From: Camelus dromedarius
Lineage: Eukaryota
Length of the DNA: 64,000 nucleotides
NCBI RefSeq assembly: GCF_036321535.1
Contig: NC_087436.1
Location: 103,914,001 to 103,978,000, forward strand
Direction of reading: 5' to 3'
Shown in pieces: positions 52,201 through 64,000 of this stretch; position 1 is the stretch's first letter; every line of letters begins with the position of its first letter. The notes under the pieces are model-generated. The model had not been told where the DNA came from and did no database searches. It worked only from the letters and a program-made list of their open reading frames with translations. A program made the position numbers and the translations under genes.

Positions 52201-55200
52201 GTTGAGAATAGCTATTAACGGATTCTAGGAGACTGGCTCTAAATCATAAAATAAATAATAGCTAACATCTCTTCTCCTGAATACTTATTTTGAATTAAGC
52301 CATTTATATGCATTTTTTCCTTTAAGCCTTAAAAAAAAAAAAAGGTATGAGAACTAACATGATTATCTTCATTCTGGAGAAGAGAAACTGAGAAGTTAAC
52401 AGGACCAAGACAGTCAGCAGCAGGACTGGATCTGAACTCAGGCTAACTGACCTCAGGACCTGATCCTATGAAGTCTGACAGCACTAATATTAAATAACAG
52501 TAGACATAAAAACAAGCAGTTCAACGCGGAAGCAACTCAAACATTTCTGAATGAAGAATGCAAAGAACAATGATGAGTTTATCCAAAGGGAAGGATGCAA
52601 GTGGGCTTGAAAAAAGAAGAGCTCCATATTGCCTGCATTTAATTTGAGGGTTTGGAAAAACAAAAAGCTTACAGAGCACAGAAGAGGCCAAAGGAGAGTG
52701 AAGAAAACAAGTGAGTATAAAAGCAGATCTGAGAATCCATCTGTGATAAATCTGAGATAAGATCTTTCTGATAAACTATAGAAAATTATGAATTTACTTT
52801 TGCATGCAAAGCCAGATTTTTACAATCTGCATTTTTCATTAAGTGTTCTTTAGAAAAATGCTTAAATAAAGCATTAACAAAAATTAATTTTTAAATTATA
52901 TATGGTAATTGGTAATTTTACACTGAGACAAAGCTTTTTTTTTTATGATCTCTCCTTCATGTGTTCCTGCCACAGCTTGGACCTGTGCCTAAGGCTGCTG
53001 TATCCATTTAGCCAAATAACTTAGAATAAATATCAGCCAAAGGTTTAGGCCCTGGGTGCTTTCCACTGAAATTAATACATTCAAAGCAGTCTTTTTACTC
53101 TTAAGTTTCTTCCTATTCAAGATGAACTGCATTGAGAATTGCCTTGTCTTGACTGCCAAGAAACCAACAGCGCAGCTGCACCTCACACACCCACACAGAA
53201 AGCTCAGCCAAGAAAACAGGATAAGATTCTCTTTGTCATTTCTATGGCTGTTCAACTGATCAACAGCAAAAGTCGCTGATCTAAACACTACAGTACATCA
53301 AAATATTCCCTCAATTCCAAATGAGCTGGGATAGAAAGGAAGAAAAATCAAACGAAAAAGAATAAATGTTTAAAGTGCCCAAATCCTCGTGTTACTGTAT
53401 CTAGTAAAGAGAATATAAAAGTGGCCCCAAAGTAGTTATCTTTACAATGAATCTTTAAAACAACAAAATTCCGACACAGAGCATACAGTTTACTTTGGGG
53501 AGAGGTTCACTTCTTGTGCTGTTTGGTTTCTTCAGTGATTTAGTAAATATCTTGTCTTCTCATGACCAGGGCCTGTATTTTCTATTAGTTTTCTCTGCTC
53601 CAAATGCAATAATCATCTTTCAATTCTTGGGACAGATAATACTATGTCTTTCCTCAGGGCCTTTGCACATGCTGTTTCCTCTTTCCTTTTCTCATCCCTC
53701 TGACTCATCTTTGCCTATTTACTTCACTGAGCCTTCATATCTCAGTTTAAACTGTAATTCCTCGAAGAGTCTTCACAAACATTGCTATACAATCATATAT
53801 CACTCTATACTTTTTAGGCATAGCATTTAACTAATTATAATTATTTATCTGTATGATTATTGCTGCAACATCTGTTTATAGCACTGAAGCATAAGTTTCT
53901 CGCTCACCATTCTAGCCCTAGAACTTAGGAAACAAAAGGCTCTCAACAGATTATCTGTTGGACCCCCTTGAATAAATGAAGACCATGTTGAATTGACAAG
54001 TGTGTTATGAAAAATCTATATCCACATTTTAGAGAGGAGATCCAAATAAAGAGAAATAGGAACTTGTTTGTGTAAGAAATTCTTGATGGCAAAGGAGTTA
54101 CTCATTTAAGAATTATCCAGTTCCTCATCACCCGCCTCTCACTGCTCTTTCACTCGCGCTGTTGTTAAACAGCACGTCCACCAGAGGGGCAGGCAGAGAA
54201 GGATACGGCATTTCTTTTAAAAATATGTTTTATCTATCTGCAAAGCTACAGAATTGTCTATCTTCACATCGTTAGCTAACATCGTTTCTGCTAGAAATTG
54301 TGGCCAATGCTATAGGTTAGTGTCTCTGGATGATTTTTGGCAATTTATTCCAAGACCAATAGAAAGAACTCTAGAATGCAAATAGACCTGATTCTAGTCC
54401 TGGCTGTGCCACTAACTCACTATGGTATCACAGCCAGGTTATTTAACTGTGACTCAGTTTCTCAACACACAAAATAATGACTTTGAGCTAGACCATCTTT
54501 AAAATTCATTCAAATTCTGTTTTTAATTATTGCATTATAATAAACAAGATGCGGTGTTTAAAATACTGCTGAACTGTTAACCTGTAACAACAGATTACAG
54601 ATTACTGAGAGGGGAAAAGTTAACTCTAAGAACTTCCAGGAAAGAAACAAAAATTGCTCCTGAAAATTTACTATGTGTTATTAAACACTGAGAGATTTGC
54701 AAGTTATTTAAAACAACCATTGTAACGACACTGTGAAGTAGGTACTTTTATCATCATATTGAACCTGTAAGTTTATGAAGGTGAAGTTCTTAATCAGATA
54801 AAACAGATTAGTAAACAGTCAAACCAGGTTTCAGACCAAGCCCGTTTCTTGAGTTGTTAACCACTGACCAATAACATTGACTCTTCAGAGTTGGGTAAGT
54901 GGTCCTGATAATCGAATCAGGCACTACAAGTAGATAGTTTATGCTCCACACTTGCAGCCATATACGCTCCTTTCCGAATCTGTCATGTTCCCCCATGCCC
55001 CTCCTTCCACCTGGAATGGCTCTCCCTTCTTCTTTCTTGGCCAGGCGTGCTCTTCCTTAGCCTTTAAGACAGATCAGGAGTTCCCTCCTCCTCAAAGTTT
55101 CCCCTATTCCTTCCATTTCCAGAATACAGTTGCTCTCCTTTGTGCTCCTGATCACATGTATATACATCTGCCATGAGATCTGCCACATACACTAATGGAA

Positions 55201-57149
55201 CTGTTCATGCCTGTTACCCTCTGGATGGTGAGTTCCTAGAGAGCAGGAACTACTTCTTTTATCTAACCTGGTAATAGTTAACACTATAATGCCACATTCC
55301 TTTGATACAGGATTTTGCACTTTATTACACACTTTTACATGCATTCTCATTTAACACCCCCATAACCACATGGGAGAGACAGCGATTATCTCTACAGTCT
55401 GTACGGGAGCCTTGGCCAAGAGAGGCTATGTAATCACACATGTAGTTACACATGTCTAGTAACTGGGAGAGCTAAACACGGAATTCTAATCTTCTGTCTC
55501 CCAAGATCACTGCAAATATAGGTGGCTCCTGACTTAAATGACAGCTCACTATTTAACTTTAAAACTCAAAACACATTTTCTCCCAGAAACAAAACTTCCA
55601 GGCATATAGTACTAATAGTAATACAATAGTTAAACATTACATATGAACAATCTGCCATGGGTAATTACATTAATGGATTCAGGATTCCACTAAAGACATC
55701 AAGCATGCATCATGGCCTACTGAAGGCCTGGAGGTAGTAACATAATAGCCCAATGGAGCTATGCCAGTTCTTCACCATGGGAGTGACTTGAAAAGGGGCT
55801 CTAATAGCCTGAAGGGCAGGATTTCAAAGGGTCAGGGGGTTCAGAGCTGGAGCAGGGCTCTGGAGCAAAGGAAACAGTGTGGGACAGGGGAGCCTGGGGA
55901 CAGGAGAGTAACTAGAACCAAATCTCCAGGAAATGAGGGGGCACACATTTATGGATTTTCACAGAACAGAGGCAAGATGAGAACTCTTCCATCATCCCTC
56001 TCCCTGGCTGCCATCAAAAGGGCTATTTCTGTAACTGGGAATGAGGTTCCTGATTCTACACCAGAACAGTTTCCCTTTCTTCCCCTTCCTACTTGCTACT
56101 GTCAATCCCACCAACATACAATTATTTTGGATCAGCATTTTAAAAAGATGAAAAATGATAACTAGGTCCAAAGAGAAAAAGCTTTTAAACAGCAGCAGGA
56201 TTTGTAGTAATGGGGAAAATGAAGAGACAGGAAGGGCCAGAAATAGCCAGCAACAGAGAGGTAAAGAAACTAGCATTCCTGTGGCCATCCAGCTAAAGCA
56301 GCCTTCTAAAAAAGACTCATGAGTCATGCATAGGTACATCCTCAGTTGTACAAACTAGGTTCTAAGTAGAAGAAACACTCCAACCGAAAGTGATCTCTCC
56401 CTCTGCTGAATTTCTATAGTAAGTACTATTTCTACCAAATGGAATATCATATGTACTGCCTTATTTTGTAAAGATTTGCTTAATTACATCTTATGTTCCT
56501 ATTATATTATTGTAAGTTTCCAGTAGCCCAGCATAAAGTTGCCATTTAAATATCAGCTGGATATATAACTGACTTTTTTCTTCTTTAAAGAATCTGTTTT
56601 GTTTTGTTTTTAATGGTGTCCACCTGCTACCCCACAGTTGTGTGAAAAACAAATACTGTTTTCACGATACCACATTTCAAAGCAACATTAGAGAATCCTT
56701 GACTCCAAAGGAGGATCACAGAGACCTACAACATAATGTGTAGGTGCCAGTTTACAGCTACGTTTGACAGAAGGATGAGAGGAGAATTTGTGTGTTTCCA
56801 GTCCATCCCTGCCTTAAGCAAATGTGAGACACAAACAGTGTGAAAGAGAAACTTCAAAAGATTAAAACATATGTATTTATTTGCACATTTCATCCATACA
56901 AGGGAATCTTATAAAAACCAATGCACCTAATGCACTTAGCCATATACTTGTACTATGTTATAGGCCTAAAAATACAAAATACAAAAAGCTTAGTGAAGTG
57001 CCACCATATCAGTTTTCATATGTTATATTTAATATAAATACATGCTGTCCTAAAAACCTTTAAAGATGATTTGTTAAATCACCTAAGAACTGTGGGGAAA
57101 AGCTAATTTCTAATTATAAAGCATTAGTGTGCGTGTGGAGACACGTTCA

Positions 57150-57410
57150 TTCAGCAGAAGCTAACATTTCATGAGCACCTGGCAAGTTCCAGTAACTGTG
57201 CTAAATGAATTATCTCATGAAATTCTTTCAACAGCCCTATGAAGTAACTTTTAGAAGTAGTATTATAATCTTGGTTTACAGATCAGGAAGCTGAGGCTCA
57301 GAGAGAATGAGTAATTTGTCTAAATTCATCCATGAAGTAATAAGCAGCGGAGACAGGATTTTAAAACTCTGTCTACTGACTTCAAAGCCCCAACTCTTAA
57401 GCATTATGCT
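57150..57410 (-). mobile_element. MIR SINE
   Basis: tttacagat.aggaagctgaggctcagagagaatgagtaatttgtc...ctgacttcaaagccc. Confidence 0.75.
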
Positions 57411-58004
57411 CCTCCTCCACTTCTCCTCTGCATGCTGAGAAAATTTCAAAATACAGCCAGATTCACAATCAGCTGTGTCACACCTTGGATATAAGACACA
57501 CCATTTACATTTACTTTGCATTTCATTCCTTAATAGCTCTTCTACTCTTTGAAAACTGCTATAGCCTAAATTTATGATAAAAAAAAATTATGTTGTTCTT
57601 AATGTTAAGAAAGCAACTGGCATTAACAAGTTTCTTTTGGCAAACTAATATTTTAAAGAAATAAACTTCTGATATCATAATACAGTACTGTACAGTTAAA
57701 TACAGTACAGTTAAATACACACTTGCTGCTTTCTACTGAAGTATGAAAACATCTTTATAAGTAATCAAAAGAAAAGTTTGGTAAGGGGGTCAGAAAGGAG
57801 AAAGAATAAACATTTTTAACAAAAAGTAACTATATTTAAAGATGGCCTATGAGATGGTTACTGAAAGAAGCTCTATATTTTGAAGCTACTGTGATATACA
57901 AGGTAAAACCTATTTGCTATTTGAAAAATATCTGAATTATTGGCATGTTTATGTGAAGTACTAATTCCTAAAATATAAGTGCACATCAGTATTCACCACT
58001 TTTC

Positions 58005-58157
58005 TTTTTTAATATAATTTTTTAAAATTTATTTTATTTTATAATCTTTTGGGGGGAGGGTTTATTTATTTATTTTTAGAGGAGATACTGGGGATTGAAC
58101 CCAGGACTTTGTGTATACTAAGCATGCGCTCTACCACTTGAGCTATATCCTCCCCCC
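58005..58157 (-). mobile_element. Young tRNA-derived SINE of camelid (Vic-1-like) type with 12-bp TSD
   Basis: Minus strand GGGGGGAGGATATAGCTCAAGTGGTAGAGCGCATGCTTAG...GTCCTGGGTTCAATCCCCAG (Pol III A and B boxes) plus A-rich tail; TSD tcaccacttttc at 57993-58004 and 58158-58169. Confidence 0.9.
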
Positions 58158-60699
58158 TCACCACTTTTCCAAATGCAATTTCAACTAAGAATTTAAAGTT
58201 ACAGAAGCCTTTTAAATTCTCTTTACAGTGACGGACATCATTCATCATGGAAAAATGCAATTAACCTATGGTTCAACATGGCATTTGATGAAAAGCAACT
58301 TAAACTAAATGTAATATAAACACAAAAAAAGCTTCTTAAAACATAAAAGATGAAAAAAGTTTAAGCCTTCCACACTTCATCCTAACTCAAGCAGTTTATA
58401 GACTTTGTGGTGTCATTTCTGAGTGAGACTTTAGATGATCAGCTGCTCAGCACAATCAAGAGAGGCTTATCTTTAGAACAGTGCCAGCATGTGAGCGCCT
58501 CGTCTGCACGGTGGTCAGTGGGGCATGTCTCTGTAACATGGACTAAATTCCTGCAACATGCTATATTTGGACACCTAAAAGCCACACCCTGAACTTGCGA
58601 AGTCTAGATATTAGTAGTTGTACCAAAGAGAAATACACACTTCTCTCATGAGCTGCTTACCTTTTATCACACAAGAATTACATGCAATTTTTAGGCACAC
58701 TAGCTAAATGTTGGTAAATGTCTGAACATTCAGAACTCAAAACTTACTGGGATTTTTCTCTTCCCAACAGCGGTACAACAGACACTAAGGGAAGGCTTTA
58801 TTACTTTTTCTTCTGTAAACTGCAAGCTTATCATTTTAACAGAGTATGTTATCAACACCTCATTCTGTGAAGACGGTGAGAGAATAACAAAGACATTATC
58901 TTAAAAATAAAAGCTGGAGAAACACTGAGTCTCAAAATTGTATGACTGTTCTGAAGATTAACTAACAAAATGTACGTGGAAGTAACTCTTAGGAATGGCA
59001 GAAGTGCTCCACAAATGTAATTATCAACATAAAACAATAAATAAGCATCAGATCAGAAATTTTTCATAATCAAGTAATTTAAGGAATTTGCTTTCTTTAT
59101 AAATAAGTCAACAAAACCAGTGGACTCAATGGCTATTAGGGTACTAAATGTTTAGTCAAGTCCTCCCAAATATCTCATTATGGTGTCATTGAAGATATCA
59201 CCTCAGGGACAGAGCAGCTGAATCTCTGGTTTTGCATCTTCCCTTTTACACTCAGCCCACAGTCTTTTATTTTTTTTTAATTTATTTATTTTTTAAAAAA
59301 AACACTGAACTGCAAATAGAGTATTTCACATCAAATGAAGATAAATTCTTTAAGACAGACAATGTCTCCTATTCATTTCTATATTTCCAACACATTATAC
59401 AATGCCAAAAATATAGCAGGCACTAAACAAATGTGGAATTGGCAGATGTTTCTGAGGAACTCAATTAATACTTGTTGGATGAATAAAGAATAACAAAATG
59501 ATTTATTAACCAAGGCTGCCAGGAAAATGTCATCTTTGCATTCACTCTTTTCAGTGGCATTTCTGGATAAAGCAACAAACTTTTTCAAAAGCATTGCTAA
59601 GCTTCATAAAATGGAGAGAATGCTGTTTTTAAAGAATATGTTTAACAACAAAAATTATAAATTATAGCTTTACAAATGTTTGCTTTAATTTTATATTAAT
59701 ATTTCACAAATGTTCATTATTTTTCTCTTGGAATTTGCAAGTTTCTTCAGAAGGTTTTCTGTACAGGTGACTTGGGATTCTTTTATTCAGCAAATATGAA
59801 CTGAGTGAACAGTAATTACTACTGGGCACTACATAAAGTAAACATAAAACACCAGAGTCAAGAAATTATTACCAAGACTACCAGAAAGCCTGATGTAAGA
59901 AGATGTATTGACTTTAAGAGGGAGTTAAACAAAAAATGAACACAAAGCCCAGCTAACAACTGAGTTTCTGCAGCTTGTCATTACACACCTTCATGTAAGA
60001 AGAGACATTACATGCAAAACCTGTTAATCCTTTTTCCTTCTAGAACAGAAATCTCACCAACTGCAATGGTAGAAGCAATATCAAGACAATTATACTCAGG
60101 AAATTTGTTTGATCTGCAACTACATATGACTTTTTCTACTACATTTAGCATTTAAAACTCTTAACAGTTCACAAATACCATTAGCTGCATTTATTTGGCG
60201 TATAGCATTTTCCATTTAAGGCTTCACCTAACTATATACAACAATGGTTTCACTAACTATTATTAATGTCAAAACAACTTTTAGGAAAAGTTCACTTGTT
60301 TCGTGAGTACTACTGACACAGTGATTAAAATATTAAAATACTAAATAGCCACCCCATTCACAGGGGACTTCCGTCAACAGCTGGAATTATGTGAGGAAAA
60401 AATGTGAATAATGTGCTTTTGTAATAAAAATTCATTCATAAAGACAGACTCCTTAACACAGAGTCATTGGATAGTGCTCACTTGACTTCTCTTCAAAGTT
60501 ACTTTAATTCTCAAATTACCCAATGGGAGTGAGGTTCCATATGAGGATGGGAAAATAGGCTAGTGGTGAGCAGAGTCTGTATAATGAGGACAATGAGGAC
60601 ACTACAGTGGTGGATTTGTGAAGGCAGAGGTTCTAATGGTCCCAATAAAGCAGGCTCCTGAGTGAAGTAGCAGTCCAGTGGTGTCAAGGGACTAACTAT

Positions 60700-62050
60700 G
60701 TGCAGGCGAACTAAGCAATTAAAAAACTAACACAGTAAAGATAACAGAGCTAGGTTTTTCAGTCAGTGAACAGAGATACAAACGGGAAGAGGTTAAGCCA
60801 GAATTAACCCAGTAGTGTTAGACTAGTATCAATGTGCATTGGTTATCAGGTATCAGTGATAACATGTGACTTTTAATATAGAGATAAGTAAATATAGGGG
60901 TGTGTATTTCTTAACTCTGTCCACTGAGAGGGCTTGGGAACAACACCTCAATAGCAATGAAAACACCCAGTGTGCAAATCTTGGTTTCTAAACACCATCT
61001 CAACTAGAAGTAACCACAACTCCTTGGGGAAATGATTGTTTCCAGGGCTAGGGCTGAGAAATAACCAAATGTGCCTGGAATATTTGTTTGTGTTAGAAAA
61101 TAAGGATGCAAACACATTTAAAATACATACAAAAAAAGATGGAGACATACATATAAAACAAGATAAAAGCCAGCTTGAAATTCCCACAAGCCGTGTTTGG
61201 GCAATTTGAGGATCAAAACAATGACAGCAACAAACCCACTGAATAAAATAGGAATCCAGGAGTCCACACTGATATACATGAATAAATGCAGAAGATCAAT
61301 CTTCAGAACAGTCGTAAGATTCTGAGATTCACTATGTCTCCAACTTCTACTTTCAAGATATGTCTGTTATCTACCACCATTTTCACAGGACAAGATGTTG
61401 ATAATACACTCTGTTTAAATCTCTTCCTTACAATAGAGTGCAACTAATAAATAGAATGATGGAATTTGAAAAATTATAGTTTAGCAACTTTCAGAGTAAA
61501 AATTAATTCAGGGAAAAAACATCGATGATGTTAAAACTAGTGGGTGAAAGCGATATGAGGAATGTGATTTTGTGCCACTCACAAGGATACAGTGAAAAGA
61601 GCCATTTCTGTGACAGTCCAGCCCATAATGCCTAACATGGATCTCCTCGTATGAAAACATCAAACAAATCCTAATTTAGAAACAATCTATAAAATGACAC
61701 GTTTGAAAATTACTGGTCAAAGACATGCAAGTCCAGGAAATACTACGGAATTGCTTCAGATTAAAGAGGACAAGAAAAGTAAATACAAGAGGATAAATAC
61801 ATTTAAATAAAACAAGTTACTTAAAAAAAAAACCTTTAAAAAAAGTTACTTAAAAGCTTAAAAAAAATAATAATAAAGAGGACTACAAAGCCAGGACAAC
61901 TGGTTGTAACATATAATCCTAGATCTTTGGCTAAAAAGATCATTATTAGGACAAATGGCAAATCGGAATGAGGGTCTCTAGACAAAGTGTATGTAAGAGT
62001 TCTTCATTCTGGTCCTGCGAGTTTTCACTAACTTTGAAACTGCTTTCAAT
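60700..62050 (+). mobile_element. L1MC/MD-like 3' region
   Basis: agcaatgaaaacacccagtgtgcaaatcttggtttctaaacacc; ctcttccttacaatagagtgcaactaataaat; cattattaggacaaatggcaaatc.gaatg. Confidence 0.75.
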
Positions 62051-62189
62051 GAAGAAATTAAAAATTGTATTAATAATCTTTCCTTCTCTATTCTGTAGGT
62101 AGAGAGTTCTAATAATTGCTAACTTATTTATTACTTTGTAGTCTGTGGTTTTCTTCAAGAAACTATGGTAATCTTTTAACACTAAGCAA

Positions 62190-62410
62190 ACACTAGGCCA
62201 TTATTTGCTGTCAAGTATTGTCCTAAACTCTATATATTAACTCATTTAATCCTTCACACAGTCCTCTAAGGTGGGTACTATTATTACCTACATTTTACAG
62301 ATGGGGAAAGCAAAGAACAGAAACATTATGGTAGTTACCCAAAGGAATGTATCTAGTAAGTGTTACATAAAGACTTGAATACAGTAAGTCAAGCTCCACA
62401 CTTTCTTTGG
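62190..62410 (-). mobile_element. MIR SINE
   Basis: aactcatttaatcct...aggtgggtactattatt...cattttacagatggggaaa. Confidence 0.7.
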
Positions 62411-63609
62411 GATACTGTCTCTCTAGGAAAAAACAGCTGTCCCGTGGGGTTTCTCAAGCTATCAGGATCTAAAAGATGAGAGGCCCTAAGTAATTATGAA
62501 GCCTCAGAATCCACAGAAAGTTTACTTGCTGTTCAATATCCATTTAATACCAGGTTGAAACGATGTAAGATCTTAAATTCACAATATTAAAAAACTTCTA
62601 GTATGGATTTATGATGTTATTTAGCAAAAAACTAAGAAACTAGTATAAAAATATTTATGATACCTTTTGAAAACTAGACTGCAAAGGAAGGCCAATTCTT
62701 CTCTTGATTTTAGCTGCATTCAGGAATAATCTGATATTTACGTAATTTTTTTAGGAACATGATGGTTACATTGGTTTAAATCACTATAACATTTAAACTT
62801 TACTATTTCTCTACTTTAATGGGCTAGAGCTGAAGTAACCGGTTTCTTTTCCCTCTTTCTTTTCTTTTTTTGGCTTTTCTAATTGTCTATTCAACAATTC
62901 CCAGTTGTATTTTTTTGTTTTCTTGCAATTGACTGATTTCCCAGATTCAGAAGTGCTTTCCTGTTTTAACTTTTTTTTCAGGCTCCAGCTATGCCAGTGG
63001 AGAAGAAAGTAATTCTGCTTACTTTGGTGAAACAGTGTTGGAGACAAATGAACAAGTTATTACCAAATAATTAAATTCAGAGTTCTTCTTAAACTATAAA
63101 TTGCCCTCTTACACTTGTTATTCCATGCAAACAGAATACTTTATCTAGTAAGTAATGATTATTTATTTTAACGGAAGTGTGGACAAACCAAAACACACAG
63201 AAATGACTTCTAAGTCCTGCTCAACCAGTTTACTTGCAAAATAAATAAACTCTTATAGAAGACAAATACCACACCTATTTGTAGTTTACACATGCTTTCA
63301 GTCTACACAAATGCTACTAATAAAAATATTACACCAATTTGGTATTTCAGAGAATTCTGCTCCTTGCATCCTATTAATATAAAGGAAAATAAAAGATGAT
63401 TGCAATGACATCGAATTAATTTTTGAAAAAAATACTATCCAAATTTTTCATTAAAAATATGAAAAATGAATACAGCACTTTAATTTACACTAAATAAAAC
63501 TATCATTTCTTATGGTACCTAAGTCTTACAAAAGTATTCTTTTTCTTAGAATTGATTAACAGCAAGATATTACCCATAACTATTTATAATTTAATAAAAC
63601 TCTTTTTTA

Positions 63610-64000
63610 TAATTTCATTTAGTCTGCTACTGATTCTTTCTAGTGTATTTTTCATTCCAGTTACTGTGGATGAAACTGTGTTTGGTTGTTCTTCATATTT
63701 TTTAAATCTTTATTAAAAACGTCTAGCTTCTTGCTCTGTGCATCTATTCTCCTCCTGAGTTCTTTGGTCAACTTTAGGATCATTAGTCTGAATTCTTTCT
63801 CAGGTAGATTGCCTATCTCCTCATCACTTAGTTCCTCTTCTGGAATTCACCTTGCTCTTCTGTCTGAAACACATTCCTCTGCCACCTCACTCTGTCTAAA
63901 TTTCTATTTGTATTTTTATGTATGTGGTAGGTAGGTTAGTTACGTTTCTTGACCTTGGAGAAGTGGCCCTCTGTAGATATCCTATGCATCCCAGCAGTGC
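63610..64000 (-). mobile_element. L1 5'/ORF1 fragment continuing beyond the window
   Basis: ctgaattctttctcaggtagattgcctatctcc.c.tcacttagtt is typical antisense L1 ORF1 text. Confidence 0.7.

Noticed and set aside
58078..58157. Possible tRNA gene
   Set aside because: A-rich tail and TSD identify it as a SINE.
50852..64000. STIM2 exon 3 (EF-hand region)
   Set aside because: No matching peptide found by eye; it presumably lies beyond the window end.

Overview
Mammalian genomic DNA, most likely a camelid, judged from a tylopod-type tRNA-derived SINE at 58005-58157. The minus strand carries the 3' three-quarters of STIM2 (stromal interaction molecule 2, the ER Ca2+ sensor of store-operated calcium entry). 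Nine constitutive coding exons (112, 116, 178, 178, 168, 101, 239, 274 and 478 nt) are all GT-AG flanked and phase-consistent, running from the SAM domain to the stop codon at 24288-24290. There is also a 24-nt in-frame cassette microexon (38496-38519, VATSYLIQ) matching the inhibitory STIM2.1/STIM2beta insert, which the ORF track misses. Exons 1-3 lie beyond the right edge. Positions 1 to about 21 kb are GC-richer intergenic DNA with LTR, MaLR, L1, L2 and MIR remnants and no supportable gene. The most notable non-genic signals are a ~120-nt inverted templated duplication inside intron 3 (58838-58959 vs 61298-61415), sharp exon-local GC3/CpG peaks, candidate splicing-regulator motifs around the microexon, and nested LTR insertions. 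No wholly new biological system is supportable. Repeat family names and human comparisons come from recalled consensus sequences, not from searches.
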